A DNA stretch of 63,847 bases from Thecamonas trahens ATCC 50062 (Eukaryota > Protista > Apusomonadida), in contig NW_013657655.1 of NCBI RefSeq assembly GCF_000142905.1, positions 1 through 63,847 on the forward strand, read 5' to 3'. Within the stretch, counting starts at the first letter, position 1, and each line of letters begins with the position of its first letter. This document shows, piece after piece, positions 42,965 through 54,838 of the stretch. The notes beneath the pieces were generated by a model. The model had not been told where the DNA came from, searched no databases, and was given only the letters and a program-made list of their open reading frames with translations. A program made the position numbers and the translations under genes.

Positions 42965-44983
42965 TCAAGAGTGATGGAAAGGCGGGTGCAACATATACGA
43001 GTTGCTATGGCGTGTTTGATCAATCATGATCGAGAGAGGAGATGTAGATGAGGAGGTGACAAGCCATGTGTGTGTATGTGTATAGTTGTGTGTGTGCGAG
43101 AGAAAGTAGGGTTCGTCAGTGAGAAAGAGATCCTCCATTGTGTGTGAGGAGTTTAGAGAATCGGACAAGAGACGTGGGCAATGTGAACTTTGCTGATCTC
43201 CGTTTTTGCGTTTTCTCTGCTTTCTTTTCACACCGTAACAGAGAGGGGGGGAGGGGTATTGCGCGCATTTACACCATGTTGAGGAAGCGGTTGCGGACAG
43301 TCTTGGATGTGGCCTTGCCATACGAAGGCGGCTCTGTGGCATCGGTTTTGCACCCGAGTCTGAGGTGTCCATAGCGGAAGTCGACTGCTCGACGTACTCG
43401 TACTCCGAGCCTTCGGTGCAGGTAGCAGTCGTGGCGCCCGAGTCATCGCAGTCCGTGGCGGTGCCGGCGGTTTCATCGCTGTCACTGTCAATGCCGAGCT
43501 CGCGCTCATTGCGCTTCTTCCACTCTGAAAGGCGGCCCTGCGGCCGTGCGCTTTTGGTAGTCGATGTTGCGGGCCGAGCCTTGCGAGAGCGCTTGCTCGC
43601 GACGCGGTCTGTGTGGACCTGGCCAGCGGTACCCGAGTCCTCCTCGTCGGCGTTGTACTCGACCTCCTGGGCCTGGCCGGCCGTACGCCGACGCCACGAG
43701 CGGTAAATGGAGAGAAAGACGAGGACAGTGACGATGATGGCGCCCGGCAGCATGTAGACGAGTGTGAGCGATGCCGACGACGACGACGACGACGACGACG
43801 ACCGCGATGACGACGACGTCGAGCTGGAGGTGGAGCTGGAGGTGGATGTGGATGTGGAGCCGGTGGAGGTTGACGCAGAACTTGGCAACGTCGTCGGCCC
43901 GGACGCCCTGCACGTACCAGCATTGGAGATGACAAACGACATGGCCGCACCACGACGAGCGATGCTAGAGTCTGAGGCGAACCGAATCTCGACCTGACCA
44001 CAAAGTTGAACGCTAAAGGTGCTGACCGATGCACCCGAGTAAGTTCCGTACCTGCTGTAGGTAGAGCCGGAACGTCCAGTCGAGTACAGTTCGATGTCGT
44101 CGAAGCCCTGCTCGGTCTCAACGACCTGGAAAGTGATGGTCGTCGTTGTGCTCAACGAAGACGACGACAGCCGCCACCGGCACGACTTGCTGTGAAGGTA
44201 GTTGGTGCCTGGCGCGTTGATGTGGATCACACCCGAGGTGCCTGTTACAGAGTAGGGGCTGGCGTTGTTCCAGCATCCGATCTGGTTGCCGACACTGATC
44301 GGTGAGCAATCGTACGAGTTGGTGCCTGACAGGCACGAGCACGATCCACTCACGCATGATCGTCCTGAGCACTGCTCATGGCCGTACCACGTCGGGCAGC
44401 TGGACGACGAGCCAGTCGTCGAGCCAGTCGTCGAGCCAGTCGTCGAGCCAGTCGTCGAGCCGCCACTCGAAGAAAAGGTAAAGCCAGTAGAGTACATCGT
44501 CGAGGTTGAAAACGACGGATTAGACGGCAGGTGGTACGGTGAGTCACCCGAGATCGAGTTATCTGCCACCCCACGAGACCACGAGACGCAAGGCGGGAAG
44601 GAGAAAGCCGAGGGCGAGCGGTACGAGTATGACTTTGAGGCCGACCACATCACGCCGATCATGTAGTACTTTCCAGCCGTGACCGGGATTGAGACCGCTG
44701 CGTAGTACTTGTTCGACGCTTGGAAAGAGACCGAAGTCGTTGCATCGTAGAGACCGACATACGTGCCCGTGGGAGTGGAAGCTTCCCTGACGATGAACCT
44801 CACAGAGCCAGAAAACTCTGTCGAGAGGTGAGTCAAAGTGCCCGAGGATGCAAAGTAAAAGACATTGCCACGGAACCTGGAACCAGCCGACGACGTTGAC
44901 GAAAGGCGACCTGCAGCAAAGTCACATGCCATGACCGACTTGCTCGTCATCATCATCATCAGCATCATCATCATCAGCATCAT
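42965..44983 (-). CDS. Single-pass membrane protein with Cys-rich/EGF-like and CUB domains
   Basis: GVIH...NYLHSKSCRWRL...F..VETEQGFDDIELY...YSG...IRFASDSSIARRG (CUB); Ser/Thr linkers; TM LVYMLPGAIIVTVLVFLSIY followed by RSWRRR. Gene ends uncertain. Confidence 0.75.
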   Translation of the reverse strand: MMLMMMMLMMMMTSKSVMACDFAAGRLSSTSSAGSRFRGNVFYFASSGTLTHLSTEFSGSVRFIVREASTPTGTYVGLYDATTSVSFQASNKYYAAVSIPVTAGKYYMIGVMWSASKSYSYRSPSAFSFPPCVSWSRGVADNSISGDSPYHLPSNPSFSTSTMYSTGFTFSSSGGSTTGSTTGSTTGSTTGSSSSCPTWYGHEQCSGRSCVSGSCSCLSGTNSYDCSPISVGNQIGCWNNASPYSVTGTSGVIHINAPGTNYLHSKSCRWRLSSSSLSTTTTITFQVVETEQGFDDIELYSTGRSGSTYSRYGTYSGASVSTFSVQLCGQVEIRFASDSSIARRGAAMSFVISNAGTCRASGPTTLPSSASTSTGSTSTSTSSSTSSSTSSSSRSSSSSSSSSASLTLVYMLPGAIIVTVLVFLSIYRSWRRRTAGQAQEVEYNADEEDSGTAGQVHTDRVASKRSRKARPATSTTKSARPQGRLSEWKKRNERELGIDSDSDETAGTATDCDDSGATTATCTEGSEYEYVEQSTSAMDTSDSGAKPMPQSRLRMARPHPRLSATASSTWCKCAQYPSPPLCYGVKRKQRKRKNGDQQSSHCPRLLSDSLNSSHTMEDLFLTDEPYFLSHTHNYTHTHTWLVTSSSTSPLSIMIDQTRHSNSYMLHPPFHHS

Positions 44984-45215
44984 CGGAATGGTGACCGAGT
45001 GGGTCTTACCCCACACGGTGGTGGGCAGGGACGACGGGGTCACACAAGGCCGCTTGGTCATCCGGGTGGAGACGGTGTTAAACCCAACACTCTTGTTCTT
45101 GCTGTACACACTGAACTCCTTGGACAACATGTATATGCTGTGGGGAGTTTGGTGGAGAGAGTGGGGTGTCGTGCGTGGTGTATGGGTGTGGTGGGTGGGG
45201 GGGGGGGGGGGGGGA

Positions 45216-45712
45216 NNNNNNNNNNNNNNNNNNNNNNNNNNNNNNNNNNNNNNNNNNNNNNNNNNNNNNNNNNNNNNNNNNNNNNNNNNNNNNNNNNNNN
45301 NNNNNNNNNNNNNNNNNNNNNNNNNNNNNNNNNNNNNNNNNNNNNNNNNNNNNNNNNNNNNNNNNNNNNNNNNNNNNNNNNNNNNNNNNNNNNNNNNNNN
45401 NNNNNNNNNNNNNNNNNNNNNNNNNNNNNNNNNNNNNNNNNNNNNNNNNNNNNNNNNNNNNNNNNNNNNNNNNNNNNNNNNNNNNNNNNNNNNNNNNNNN
45501 NNNNNNNNNNNNNNNNNNNNNNNNNNNNNNNNNNNNNNNNNNNNNNNNNNNNNNNNNNNNNNNNNNNNNNNNNNNNNNNNNNNNNNNNNNNNNNNNNNNN
45601 NNNNNNNNNNNNNNNNNNNNNNNNNNNNNNNNNNNNNNNNNNNNNNNNNNNNNNNNNNNNNNNNNNNNNNNNNNNNNNNNNNNNNNNNNNNNNNNNNNNN
45701 NNNNNNNNNNNN
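45216..45712. other. Assembly gap (497 N) flanked by poly-G
   Basis: Run of N. Confidence 1.
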
Positions 45713-46758
45713 GGGGGGGGCGGGCAGCGGGAGAGCTTTGATGGCTTGGTTGGTCGGTCTTCCCCCGCTGCAATGAAAAACTGACGAATAATCGAAGAGA
45801 AACGTTGAGTTTATCGTTGGTGGCCCGTCACGGCTGCAATTGAGGGCAACGTCGGATTAATCGTTGGTTGATGGCCGGAACGAACAAATTACACGCTCGA
45901 TTCCAGGTATGACCAGGAAGTCGGCTACTTGGAATAGAACGGGGGCGAAAGGAGAGAGGAAGGGTGATGGAGGAGGTTTTTACGTTTTTAATGAAGGATG
46001 TGATGTGGGGAATTGTGGGGGAATGTGTGGTGTGTGTGGGGTGACGGTGGGGGTGGGGGTGGGGGTGGGAAGTGCTACGGGTGGATGATAGAAAAATTTC
46101 TGGGGTTCATGGCGTGGCCGATGTCGGGCTGAGCCAGGAGGCGATGAGCGATGAGCATGAGCATTACGTCGGGAAGGAGGGCACAAGAAGGAGGGAACGG
46201 GGTGAAAGAGGGTGGTGATGGAATGATAGCTGGGCATGATGGGATGGGTTGAGTGGAGAGGGATGAGAGTAGCTGGGGAAAAAACCAGATAGCGGAGTGG
46301 CGTTAGGCTTGTCGTGGACTAACGGGTGTACAGACGTGGAATGGAGGAGAAAGGCATGACTCTAGTACGCTCGAAATAATCCAGAGATGGAGGTGAGGTG
46401 CAAGAAGGCTTGGATGTGGTTGCTTTGATGGTTGCCGACAAGCCTATGAAACGCCGAAGAAAGGCTGCAGAGGTGATTTTTCTTGCGCCGCCCGCCCGCC
46501 ACCTCAGCCATCTAACCATCCCTCCCCCCCCCCCCCCCCCCCCCCACGCACACACACCACCACTACCACTACCATTTCCCCCGTTACCCTATTCCCAACC
46601 CCTCACCTCCCCGTACATCCGCATTGCACCGAGTCTGAACCTCCGATTCCGGCGATCTAAAACCCCGCTACCGGCCACCGTCGCCTGATCGCCCTCAGCT
46701 GGCACCACTTCACCCGACGACGACTGCCCCCCCCCCGCCCCCCCCCCCCCCCACCGAC

Positions 46759-46931
46759 ATGGGCGACGACATACGGCTCCTCCGCGGAGTTGCACTCCTT
46801 GCTAACTCTTCCCATGGCCACCATGCAGCCTTTGTATACTCAGGGATGTCTAACAAGACTGCTAGCTTCTCTCCCGCCTCCACCAAGGCTATGGCTACGG
46901 GTAGCGGGGCAAGGCGACGGCGACAGCGACA

Positions 46932-46974
<43 letters not shown>

Positions 46975-48728
46975 GAAGCGGGATCGGCAGCAGCGGAAGC
47001 AACGGCAACTCAACTGATGGGTTCCATGTCATGTCGAAGGAAACCCATTCAGAGTGGGGAAGTACATCCACTACTTATGGTACTCCTAACCCTGATCTCA
47101 CAGGACATGGTCATGCCACTGTCGGTCATGGTCATGGTCATGGGTACAGCCACGGGCACGGGCACGGGCACGGGCACGACGACGATGGAGATGGAGATGG
47201 AGATGATGATGGCATGAAGACTGCTGCAAGTACAAGTACAGGGCATCAAGGCATGCGATCATCGGCATCATCGTCATCATCGGCAGAGCCATTGGCGTTT
47301 GGCTTCAAGCCGAGGTACCTTGCTCTCCTCCTTACCCCGCCCAACCTTGTCTCGTCGTACTTTGAGCTCTCGGTTGAGCATCAACTCTTTCTCTCTCGGC
47401 CAACGCACTGTGCAGATGGCTCATCGTTGACCTCGTTTACGGTGGCGCTTGTCATGGACGCTGCCGGTGCCAAACAGGTTCCGTGGGTCCTTCCGGCCTT
47501 TCGTAGAGTACTCGATCGCACAGTCGCCGCCCTGGCACATGAGCAAGAGCGGACTCAGTTTGTGCTCAATGAGCTCGAGCTCATCGCCCGCATCAAGGCC
47601 GAAGGCGCCGACCGAGGCTGGTCGCCGCCCTTTACCACTCAGCGCCTCATTGACGTCTCAGAGCTTGCCCTCGTGCTCTCTTTGGTCTATGACCACTTTG
47701 AGCAGGTCTCGGTCGGCGTCCTCCGCGCCTCCACCTTTGGCTGGTGGCGAACGCTGCGGCAGCCGCTCAACATCCGACTCAACTCGTGGCTCGAGCTCAA
47801 CCTCGCGCTCTCCCTCGATCCCAACGACGGCGCTCCGCCAGCGGTCCTCGCCCCACCCGCCGTCGCTGCCACCACCATGTCTGCCGCCTCATTGTCGCCG
47901 GCCTCGCAGCAAGCCGCGACCGCCAGCCCCTATCCGGTCGCCTCGCTCGCCGACTGCCGCCCCTGGCACGCCCTCCTCCTCCTCGACTCGGGCACCTCAA
48001 TCGTTGTCCGCCTCCCTCCCGACGCCTCGCCCTCACTCCGCGCCCTCCTCCTCGCCGCCTCGCCGCTTGTCTCGTTCGAGGACCTCATGGTTGAGCTTGG
48101 CATCCCGCTCGTCACGCTTTATAAGCTCGCTCTCCATGTCCAGCACTGGGGCTGGGCCCGCATCACCGCCACCGTTTCCGAGTCGTCGCTCTTCTGCCGC
48201 AACTGGGACACCACGCTCGACCTCGGCAAGGTCGGCGCCTCATCCGAGCTCGCCTCGCTCTGCCTCCAGCTCCTTGCCCCCTTTGACGAGCCGCGCCGCG
48301 TTCGCGACGTCGAGCGCATCGACGACGTTCTATGGCTCCTCAAGTACGACCTCATCGTCCAAGTCTGCACCTACTTTTACCTCGTTGTTCCCGAAGTCGA
48401 CCGTTACCCGGACCCGCTCGCCTCGCCGGCCGACCCCGATCCGCCTCCGCCACTCTCCACCAGCAGCGCCTCACCGCGCTCAGTCGCCGCCAAGAAGCGC
48501 CACGCCTCACGCGCTGCAGCAGCCCTCACCCCCGCCGAGCGCGCCTTTATCGACTCGCTCGATCCCTCACCGGCGCGCGACCTCCTCCTTCGCCTCTTCA
48601 AGTACTTTCGCGGGAGCCACTGCATCGAGGAGATCATGTGGCGCGAGAACCTCTCGCGCGCCCTCATCCTCGACGTCGCCTCACGGTTTGACGACTTTAT
48701 CGTCGTCCGCACAACGCCGCACAAGTAG
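46759..48728 (+). CDS. NPRL3: GATOR1 subunit NPRL3-like; frame break or intron in the low-complexity region 46850-47030
   Basis: N-terminus RGVALLANSSHGHHAAFVY; YFELSVEHQLFLSRPT; RPWHALLLL; LFKYFRGSHCIEEIMWRENLSR. Confidence 0.85.
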
Positions 48729-48759
48729 CTCAGTAAACCGCGGCCGTTCATTCTTTACT

Positions 48760-51686
48760 TCACTCGGACGCGGCCGGGGCGTGGTGCTCCGACTCGGGAT
48801 TGGCCTTGACAATGACCACGCCCTCTAGCACAGGGGTGTACGCCGTGTACGCATCGTTGGCAAACTCGGCACGCTGCTGGTACTCCATGAGCACGGGCGA
48901 GTCGTTGGTCTGGAAGCCAGTGATGGTCTTGGGCTGGCCGGCGAGGCCGACGGTGTTGACGGCGTCGCCGACGCGGACCGCGGTGTAGACCTGTTCCATG
49001 TCCTCGTTGAAAGTCATGAGCATGCGCGGGCGCATGGCGAGAGCAAAGAGGAACAGCAGGTAGTGCGACTTGCCGAGGAGGGTGTCCTTGAGGTTGAGCG
49101 AGGTGAAGACAACCGAGAGAAGGCCAGCCATGGCCGCGTTGTTCATCAGCAGCCGGTCCGAGTGGTACGGGTTGAGCGTCATGGTGCCCTTGCCCATGTA
49201 GAGGAGGCCCTGCGCAATGCGGACGACAAAGAGCGAGTTGGCATCCTTGGAGTAGTACGCCGCGAGCTCGCGGAGCATGGCGGCAATGCGCGCCGAGTTG
49301 GTGCCTGCGCCGGCCATGCCGAGCGCGAGGATGGCGCCCTGCGCCACCTGCTCGTCGGCGTCGTGCGAGAGCTTGGACAGCGTGTCCACCACCGCCATCT
49401 TGGGGTTGGACGCGTACAGCAGGCCGAGCGCGAGCGGGACCGCGCGCTTGATCTCGATCTCGCCGTACTGCAGCAGGTTGTTGAACGCCCGCAGCGCCAT
49501 TTCGGACCCGAGCTCCTCGCCCTGGGCGATGAGCGCGATGCCGATCGTCGCCACCGCCTGGTGGAGCGCATCCTCCTCCTCGCCGAGGTGCTCCGAGCAC
49601 ATGTGGAGCATCTTCTGGACCTTGAGCACGTTGCCCGACCCGCAGTACGCGCACGTCTCGATGAGGAGCATGCCGACCTTTTGCAGGTGCTCCGGGATGG
49701 CCTGCGCAAGCTCGAGCACAACCTCGGCCGCCTCCTTCTGTCCAAGGAAGACCAGGCCAACGCCGAGGCACATGTACAGCGCAAACGGCGAGTGCAGGTC
49801 GGCCTCGGGCCGCTCGAGCAGGGCCTGGAAAATCGACTCGGCAATGTCAGCGTTGCACGAGCCCACAAAGATGATCGAGAGTGCGAGCGACGCCATGCAC
49901 GAGATCTCCATCGACTGGCTCGAGTCGGTGATGAGCGGCGTGAGCGCCTCGAGCGCCTCGTCCGTGTTCTGCCCGGCGTAGGAGAGCGCGAGGCCAAGAA
50001 TGGCGCCCAGCCGCACAGTCTCGTCCTCCTCCGACAGCGCTTCCTCCAGCAGCGCGTACGCAATGTCAAACGTCGCCCGCACGCCACAGTTGACCAGCCC
50101 GATGGCAAGCATGCCGCCGGCCTTGATGTAGCTCTCGTTCGAGTACGTGTACTTGTCCATCTCAGTGTTGCCAGACTCCCAGTCCCACATGTGGATCATT
50201 CCGAGCGACGCCACCGCAGACATCATCCCGTGGTCCTTGTTCTTGTACACCCACTTGGAGTCCTCCACCGTCATTAGCTTGTCCGAGCCGTAGCCGGCGT
50301 TGACAAACGCGTTGACAAAGGTCGATGCCAGGTTTGCTCGCGCCGAGTCGACGGCTCCGGCGCCAGACGCCCGCGCAATCGTCTCCAGGTGCGACTTGTA
50401 GATGTCCTCCGGCGTCTTGGCCTCGACCACGTCGAGCTCGCGCGCCAGTGTCCGGAAGTGCTCCATCTGCAGCGTGTTGCCCATCAGTGCAAGCAGGTCC
50501 TCATCGTCCTCGTGGTCCGCAAGGTACACCCGCGCCGCCCCGAGCATGCAGCAGAGCTGCTTCTTGAGCCCGGCATCGGCCTCGGCGTCCACAGAGTTGT
50601 ACACACCCGCAATGAGCTCGCGGTCGTTCATCAGAATCGCCACCCGCAGTGCGAGCGCCTTTTGGTCCTGCGCCATGTACACGTCGTACACCACCTTGCG
50701 CGCCGCGTTGTCGTCGGGCTCGAGCAGGTAGTTGGCCGTCTGCAGGAGGTAGTCGGCCACACGCACGTAGTTGTCCTCGTCGATAAACGGCAGCACATCC
50801 TCCAGCCGTTCGACCTCGAGGAGTAGGTCCACGCCCTCGGCCTCGGCCCGCGTCCGAAAGTAGAACGGAAGCACAAGGTCGACCAGTGCGTTGAGGTCGT
50901 CCACGCCCTCGCCTCCGCCAACACGCGCCTCATACTCCTCACCGATCTCCTTCACCAGCGTCTTGATGAACTCGTGCCCACACGACTCAACCTCAAGCTC
51001 GCCTGCCAGCTTGTACTTGAGCACCAGGCGCTCCTCCGTCACCACCGCCATCGACACAATCGCCAGCAGGTCGGCAAGCTTGCCAGCAAACTCGGAGCCG
51101 TCCTCCGCGCCAGCGTGCAGCTCCATGAGCCCAGCATGGTGCTCCCGAAGAAACTTGAGCGGCTTGGGCACAGAGGTCATCGACGACGTTGCCGACTTCA
51201 CCACCTCGGTCAGCTCTGCCAGCGTCTCGAGTGTCTTGCCGTCTCCGAGTGCCACCACCAGCTCGTCGAGCTTGGCCTTGAGCTTGGCATCCTCCTCCGA
51301 CTGCATTCCCCACCGCCACACCACACACACACACACACACGCATACACACACCACACAATGGTCAGTCTCAACATGCTTTTGGAGCATATGCATCCACAT
51401 GGGCCGGCCACACCATAGGCTGGGCAACCTCACCGCGCCGCTCAAAAATTCGGTTCGGTCCAGCCGCGTTTTGGCGGCGACCTTCTTCCACCTGGGCGAC
51501 CGACCCTGTGGGGTGGGCGGTGGTATGGGCAAGGGGGGTAGGTGTGACAAAGAGGAAAGGGGGTATACTAGGTAGGTAGAAGAGGTAGGTAAGAAGTATG
51601 CGTACAAGCTCAGGCTCTGCATCCACAAGGGAGGCTGTCGCAGTAGTCTTGCTCGTCGTCGTCTTCTTCTCCTCGTCCTTGGCCAT
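48760..51686 (-). CDS. PSMD2: 26S proteasome regulatory subunit RPN1; exons 51606-51686 and 48760-51300
   Basis: EL|SEED..LK; TSSMTSVPKPLKFLR; KTPEDIYKSHLE; DSARANLASTFVNAFVNAGYG; VRVG.AV.TVGLAGQPKTITGFQT. GT-AG intron at 51605-51301. Confidence 0.98.
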
Positions 51687-52060
51687 GTTGTGCGACCTGT
51701 GTGCGAGACGGGTGACCGATGTCGTTTCGCCCGACCACTGGCGATCGGCCGGCGGGTGACCGCCACCCCCCCCCCCCCCCCTTCCCCTCCCCATCCTGCA
51801 GCCGTTCCGCACCCAAACTGGCTGATCAACATGAAATCGGAGGCGAAACGAGGTGGGACATGGTGTTGGATGCCACGGTGCGACTGATGTGAGGTTAGGC
51901 ATGATGTGGGTGGCTGGCGGTCGGCTGGCGATCGGCTGGAGGCACAGCCCCTCCTCCCCTGCGTTTGCGCCACACCTACAGCCGCGCCAGCTCGCGATTG
52001 CAAGCCCAAGTGTCAGCATGGATGTCATACCGCGACTGATGTTGCACGTTGTTGCCTTGG

Positions 52061-54838
52061 ATGCGTGATGTGGTCGAGGCAAGCGCAAGCACGCGGACAA
52101 ACACACGGCATCTTCGCGCCCCACCACGCGCCACAGCGTACGGAAGAGGCCGCGACACACGCGTCTTCGACGTTGGCGTACAGGAGATGCCGGTGCGGAC
52201 GGTGACCAACTACGGCGAGCTGCTGGAGCTTCTGCCAGAGGTTACGACCGAGTCTGAGGCGACTTGGCGATATGCTCGCGGATTGACTCGGACGCTGGCG
52301 AGCCATGCCAGCTTCGGTCCGTTCTATCGGGTTACTTTGGCTGATGCTGGCGAAGGATCTGGTCGTGCTGTGGTGTTCAACACGCGTATTCGGAGCGGTC
52401 GATGGGTGGCATATGTGTTTGCCTGGGGAGAGTCTGCTGCTGCTGCCATGGCGAATGCGGTCGAGGAGATGGACGAGTTTGGATGCGGCGAGGTATTTGT
52501 CGTTGCCGCCATGAGCAATGCTGCAGAACAGATGCTGCAAGCTGAGGTCGCTATGGATGCCGCCGACTCGCATCCGTGTTGGACACGTGCTAGGGCGTGC
52601 ATGCCAGAGGGTCACACGCCGGCTCTGTTGCCAGACGGCTACACTGCGCGCAAGCTCGAGCCTGCAGACATCGACGCGCTCTTGCCGACTTGGAAGTACT
52701 CGGACGGCGTCTCGCACGACTGGATCAAGGCCATCATGGGCGACCTGGCCTCGGTCGGGGTCTTTGCCTCTGACGGCTCACTCGCCGGCTCGATGGTCGA
52801 GTACCCTGACGGCTCATGCGGCATGCTGCACACCGCCGAGGGTCATCGCCGGCGCGGCCTCGCGCGGTACGTGGTCGACGCCATGGCCGCGCAGCTGGCG
52901 GCAGCCGGGCGGTCCTGCATGTTTGTCACCATCGAGACGTACAATGAGGCCTCGCTTAGCTTGTTTGACTCGCTGGGCTTTTGCGACGCCGGCCGCGTCG
53001 CCTGGGTCTTCTTTGCCAATCGTTCGGCGGGCGTCATGGCTGCTCTCGCCGAAAGCGCCGAGGCCTTTGGGAGCTTTTCGGCGAGTGATCGGCTGCGGAC
53101 TCTGGCTGGCCTCCAGCGGACCTTCGCCGCCGGCCTCCCGCACAACACCAAGGCTCGGCGGCTGGCATCGGCGGCGCGGGTCACCGCCCGCTGGCCGGAC
53201 GTCTTCTCCGTCCTAGCCAACTGGATCAAGGCCGCATGGCTGGAGCGGGCGGCTGATGAGCTGCACCAGCTCCTCGCTTTCGTCTGGCCGTTCATCATGT
53301 CGAACAAGCCTGCGGTCAAGAGCATCCTTGCCCGCTGGGACGTTGTCGAGGTCTGCCGCGACGTGCTGGTGGATATGCCGGGCAGCGCCGTTGCCGGCTC
53401 GGCCGCCGCTGTCATCTCCAAGCTCATCAGCAATGGGCGCAACTGCCACGACCGCATGCTCGGCGAGTTGGTTGTCTCGGCTGTCATCGACGGCGTGGCG
53501 GTAGCTGACCGTGTCTGGCCACTTCGCATCCTCTACTCGATGTCGTTTGACTCGCGGCTGGTCCCGGCATTGCTGGCCCTTGATCCGCGGCCGCTCATTC
53601 AGGCCGTCATCTGCGAGGAGACAGACAGTGAGGGCATCGTTGTCCGCGCCGCCATTCTGGCTGCAAACCTGTACGGCGGGCCGGACGCCAGCGCGTTGCT
53701 GGGCGAGAAAGCCGAGTCCTGCGTGGCAGCGATGGTGGCAGCCGGCGAGGCGACACTGATCGGCGCAGCCTATCCTGCGAGCTCTGGCTCGTTCTTTGGA
53801 CTGTGGAAGATCCTGGCGGGAATTGACGCGCTGGCGACCCACGAGCCCGCCGCCAAGGCGCTGGGCAGATGCGGCGCGGTCCGCCTTGTGGCTGCCGCGC
53901 TGGCGTCTGACGCGACTGCGGGCGACTCGCGGGTGCTTATTCACGGCGTGGCAGCGCTGTGGAGCCTTTCATTTGTGGCCGCCAACGGGGCGGCTATTGC
54001 TGCCGACGCTGCACTGGTGATGCGGCTGGAAGAGCTGGCTGCGGGCGGCGCGAGCCAGCCGCGGTCGGTGGTCCGGGCGGCGCGCGGCGTGGTGTGGCAG
54101 ATGTCTGCAGCATCAAGCGGGCCCGCAAGAAAGAGTGCGGGAAAAAGCAGCAGCGACACGCTCCAGCACGATGTTATGATCTCGTACTCGTGGGCGAACC
54201 AGAAGGTGGCGCTCTGGTTGCGTGCGCAGCTTGCGGTGGCGGGGATCTCTGTGTGGATCGACGTGGAGGCCATGAGCGGGTCGACGCTCGAGGCCATGGC
54301 CGAAGCTATCGAGTCGTCCCGAGTGGTGGTTGTCCTGCTCTCGCAAGAGTACTCGGTTTCGCAGGCGTGCCGGGTCGAGGCCGAGTACTGCTTCCAACTC
54401 GGCAAGCCGTTTGTGCCCGTCAAGGCCACGCCGCGATTCCGTCCGCGCGGCTGGCTCGGCGCGCTCATCGGCTCGCGACTTTACTTTCATCCCACGCCCG
54501 ACTCGTGGCCCGACATGCATCGTGAGCTAATGACAATTCTCGAGCGACCAAGTGAGTCAGTCGCAGTGGTGGGCGCTGCGAGCGCGAGCGCGAGCACTTG
54601 CCCGGCTGTGGCGAGCGCGTCCGAGTGGGTTGCAGCTGTTGGACTCTCCGATCCTGTTGGCTGCGCGCTTGCGCGAGCCCACATCACAACCATGGCACAG
54701 ATCGATGAGCTTGCCGCGTGGCGGATGCATGCCAGCACCACGCTCTCGGCCTGGACCGAATTTGTCCGCGCCGAACTCGGGCTTGCGCTTTGCGATGCAC
54801 TTTCGCTCGGTGCTGCGCTACGCGAGCGTCTTTCCTGA
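52061..54838 (+). CDS. GNAT (FR47/GLYAT-like) - armadillo repeats - TIR - SAM-like fusion protein
   Basis: GNAT: CGMLHTAEGHRRRGLAR...YNEASLSLFDSLGF. ARM-like: ALWSLSF, AARGVVWQM. TIR_2 at 54167-54490: DVMISYSW, VWIDVEAMSGS, MAEAIESS, Y..SQACRVEAEY, GWLG. C-terminal EWVAAVGL. Confidence 0.85.
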   Translation: MRDVVEASASTRTNTRHLRAPPRATAYGRGRDTRVFDVGVQEMPVRTVTNYGELLELLPEVTTESEATWRYARGLTRTLASHASFGPFYRVTLADAGEGSGRAVVFNTRIRSGRWVAYVFAWGESAAAAMANAVEEMDEFGCGEVFVVAAMSNAAEQMLQAEVAMDAADSHPCWTRARACMPEGHTPALLPDGYTARKLEPADIDALLPTWKYSDGVSHDWIKAIMGDLASVGVFASDGSLAGSMVEYPDGSCGMLHTAEGHRRRGLARYVVDAMAAQLAAAGRSCMFVTIETYNEASLSLFDSLGFCDAGRVAWVFFANRSAGVMAALAESAEAFGSFSASDRLRTLAGLQRTFAAGLPHNTKARRLASAARVTARWPDVFSVLANWIKAAWLERAADELHQLLAFVWPFIMSNKPAVKSILARWDVVEVCRDVLVDMPGSAVAGSAAAVISKLISNGRNCHDRMLGELVVSAVIDGVAVADRVWPLRILYSMSFDSRLVPALLALDPRPLIQAVICEETDSEGIVVRAAILAANLYGGPDASALLGEKAESCVAAMVAAGEATLIGAAYPASSGSFFGLWKILAGIDALATHEPAAKALGRCGAVRLVAAALASDATAGDSRVLIHGVAALWSLSFVAANGAAIAADAALVMRLEELAAGGASQPRSVVRAARGVVWQMSAASSGPARKSAGKSSSDTLQHDVMISYSWANQKVALWLRAQLAVAGISVWIDVEAMSGSTLEAMAEAIESSRVVVVLLSQEYSVSQACRVEAEYCFQLGKPFVPVKATPRFRPRGWLGALIGSRLYFHPTPDSWPDMHRELMTILERPSESVAVVGAASASASTCPAVASASEWVAAVGLSDPVGCALARAHITTMAQIDELAAWRMHASTTLSAWTEFVRAELGLALCDALSLGAALRERLS

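Noticed and set aside
44409-44456. Short tandem repeats as a possible CRISPR-like array (also 35443-35484, 46915-46972)
   Set aside because: No spacers; these are microsatellites, mostly encoding low-complexity linkers.
44865-45784. ORFs spanning the N gap
   Set aside because: Artefacts of translating through Ns.
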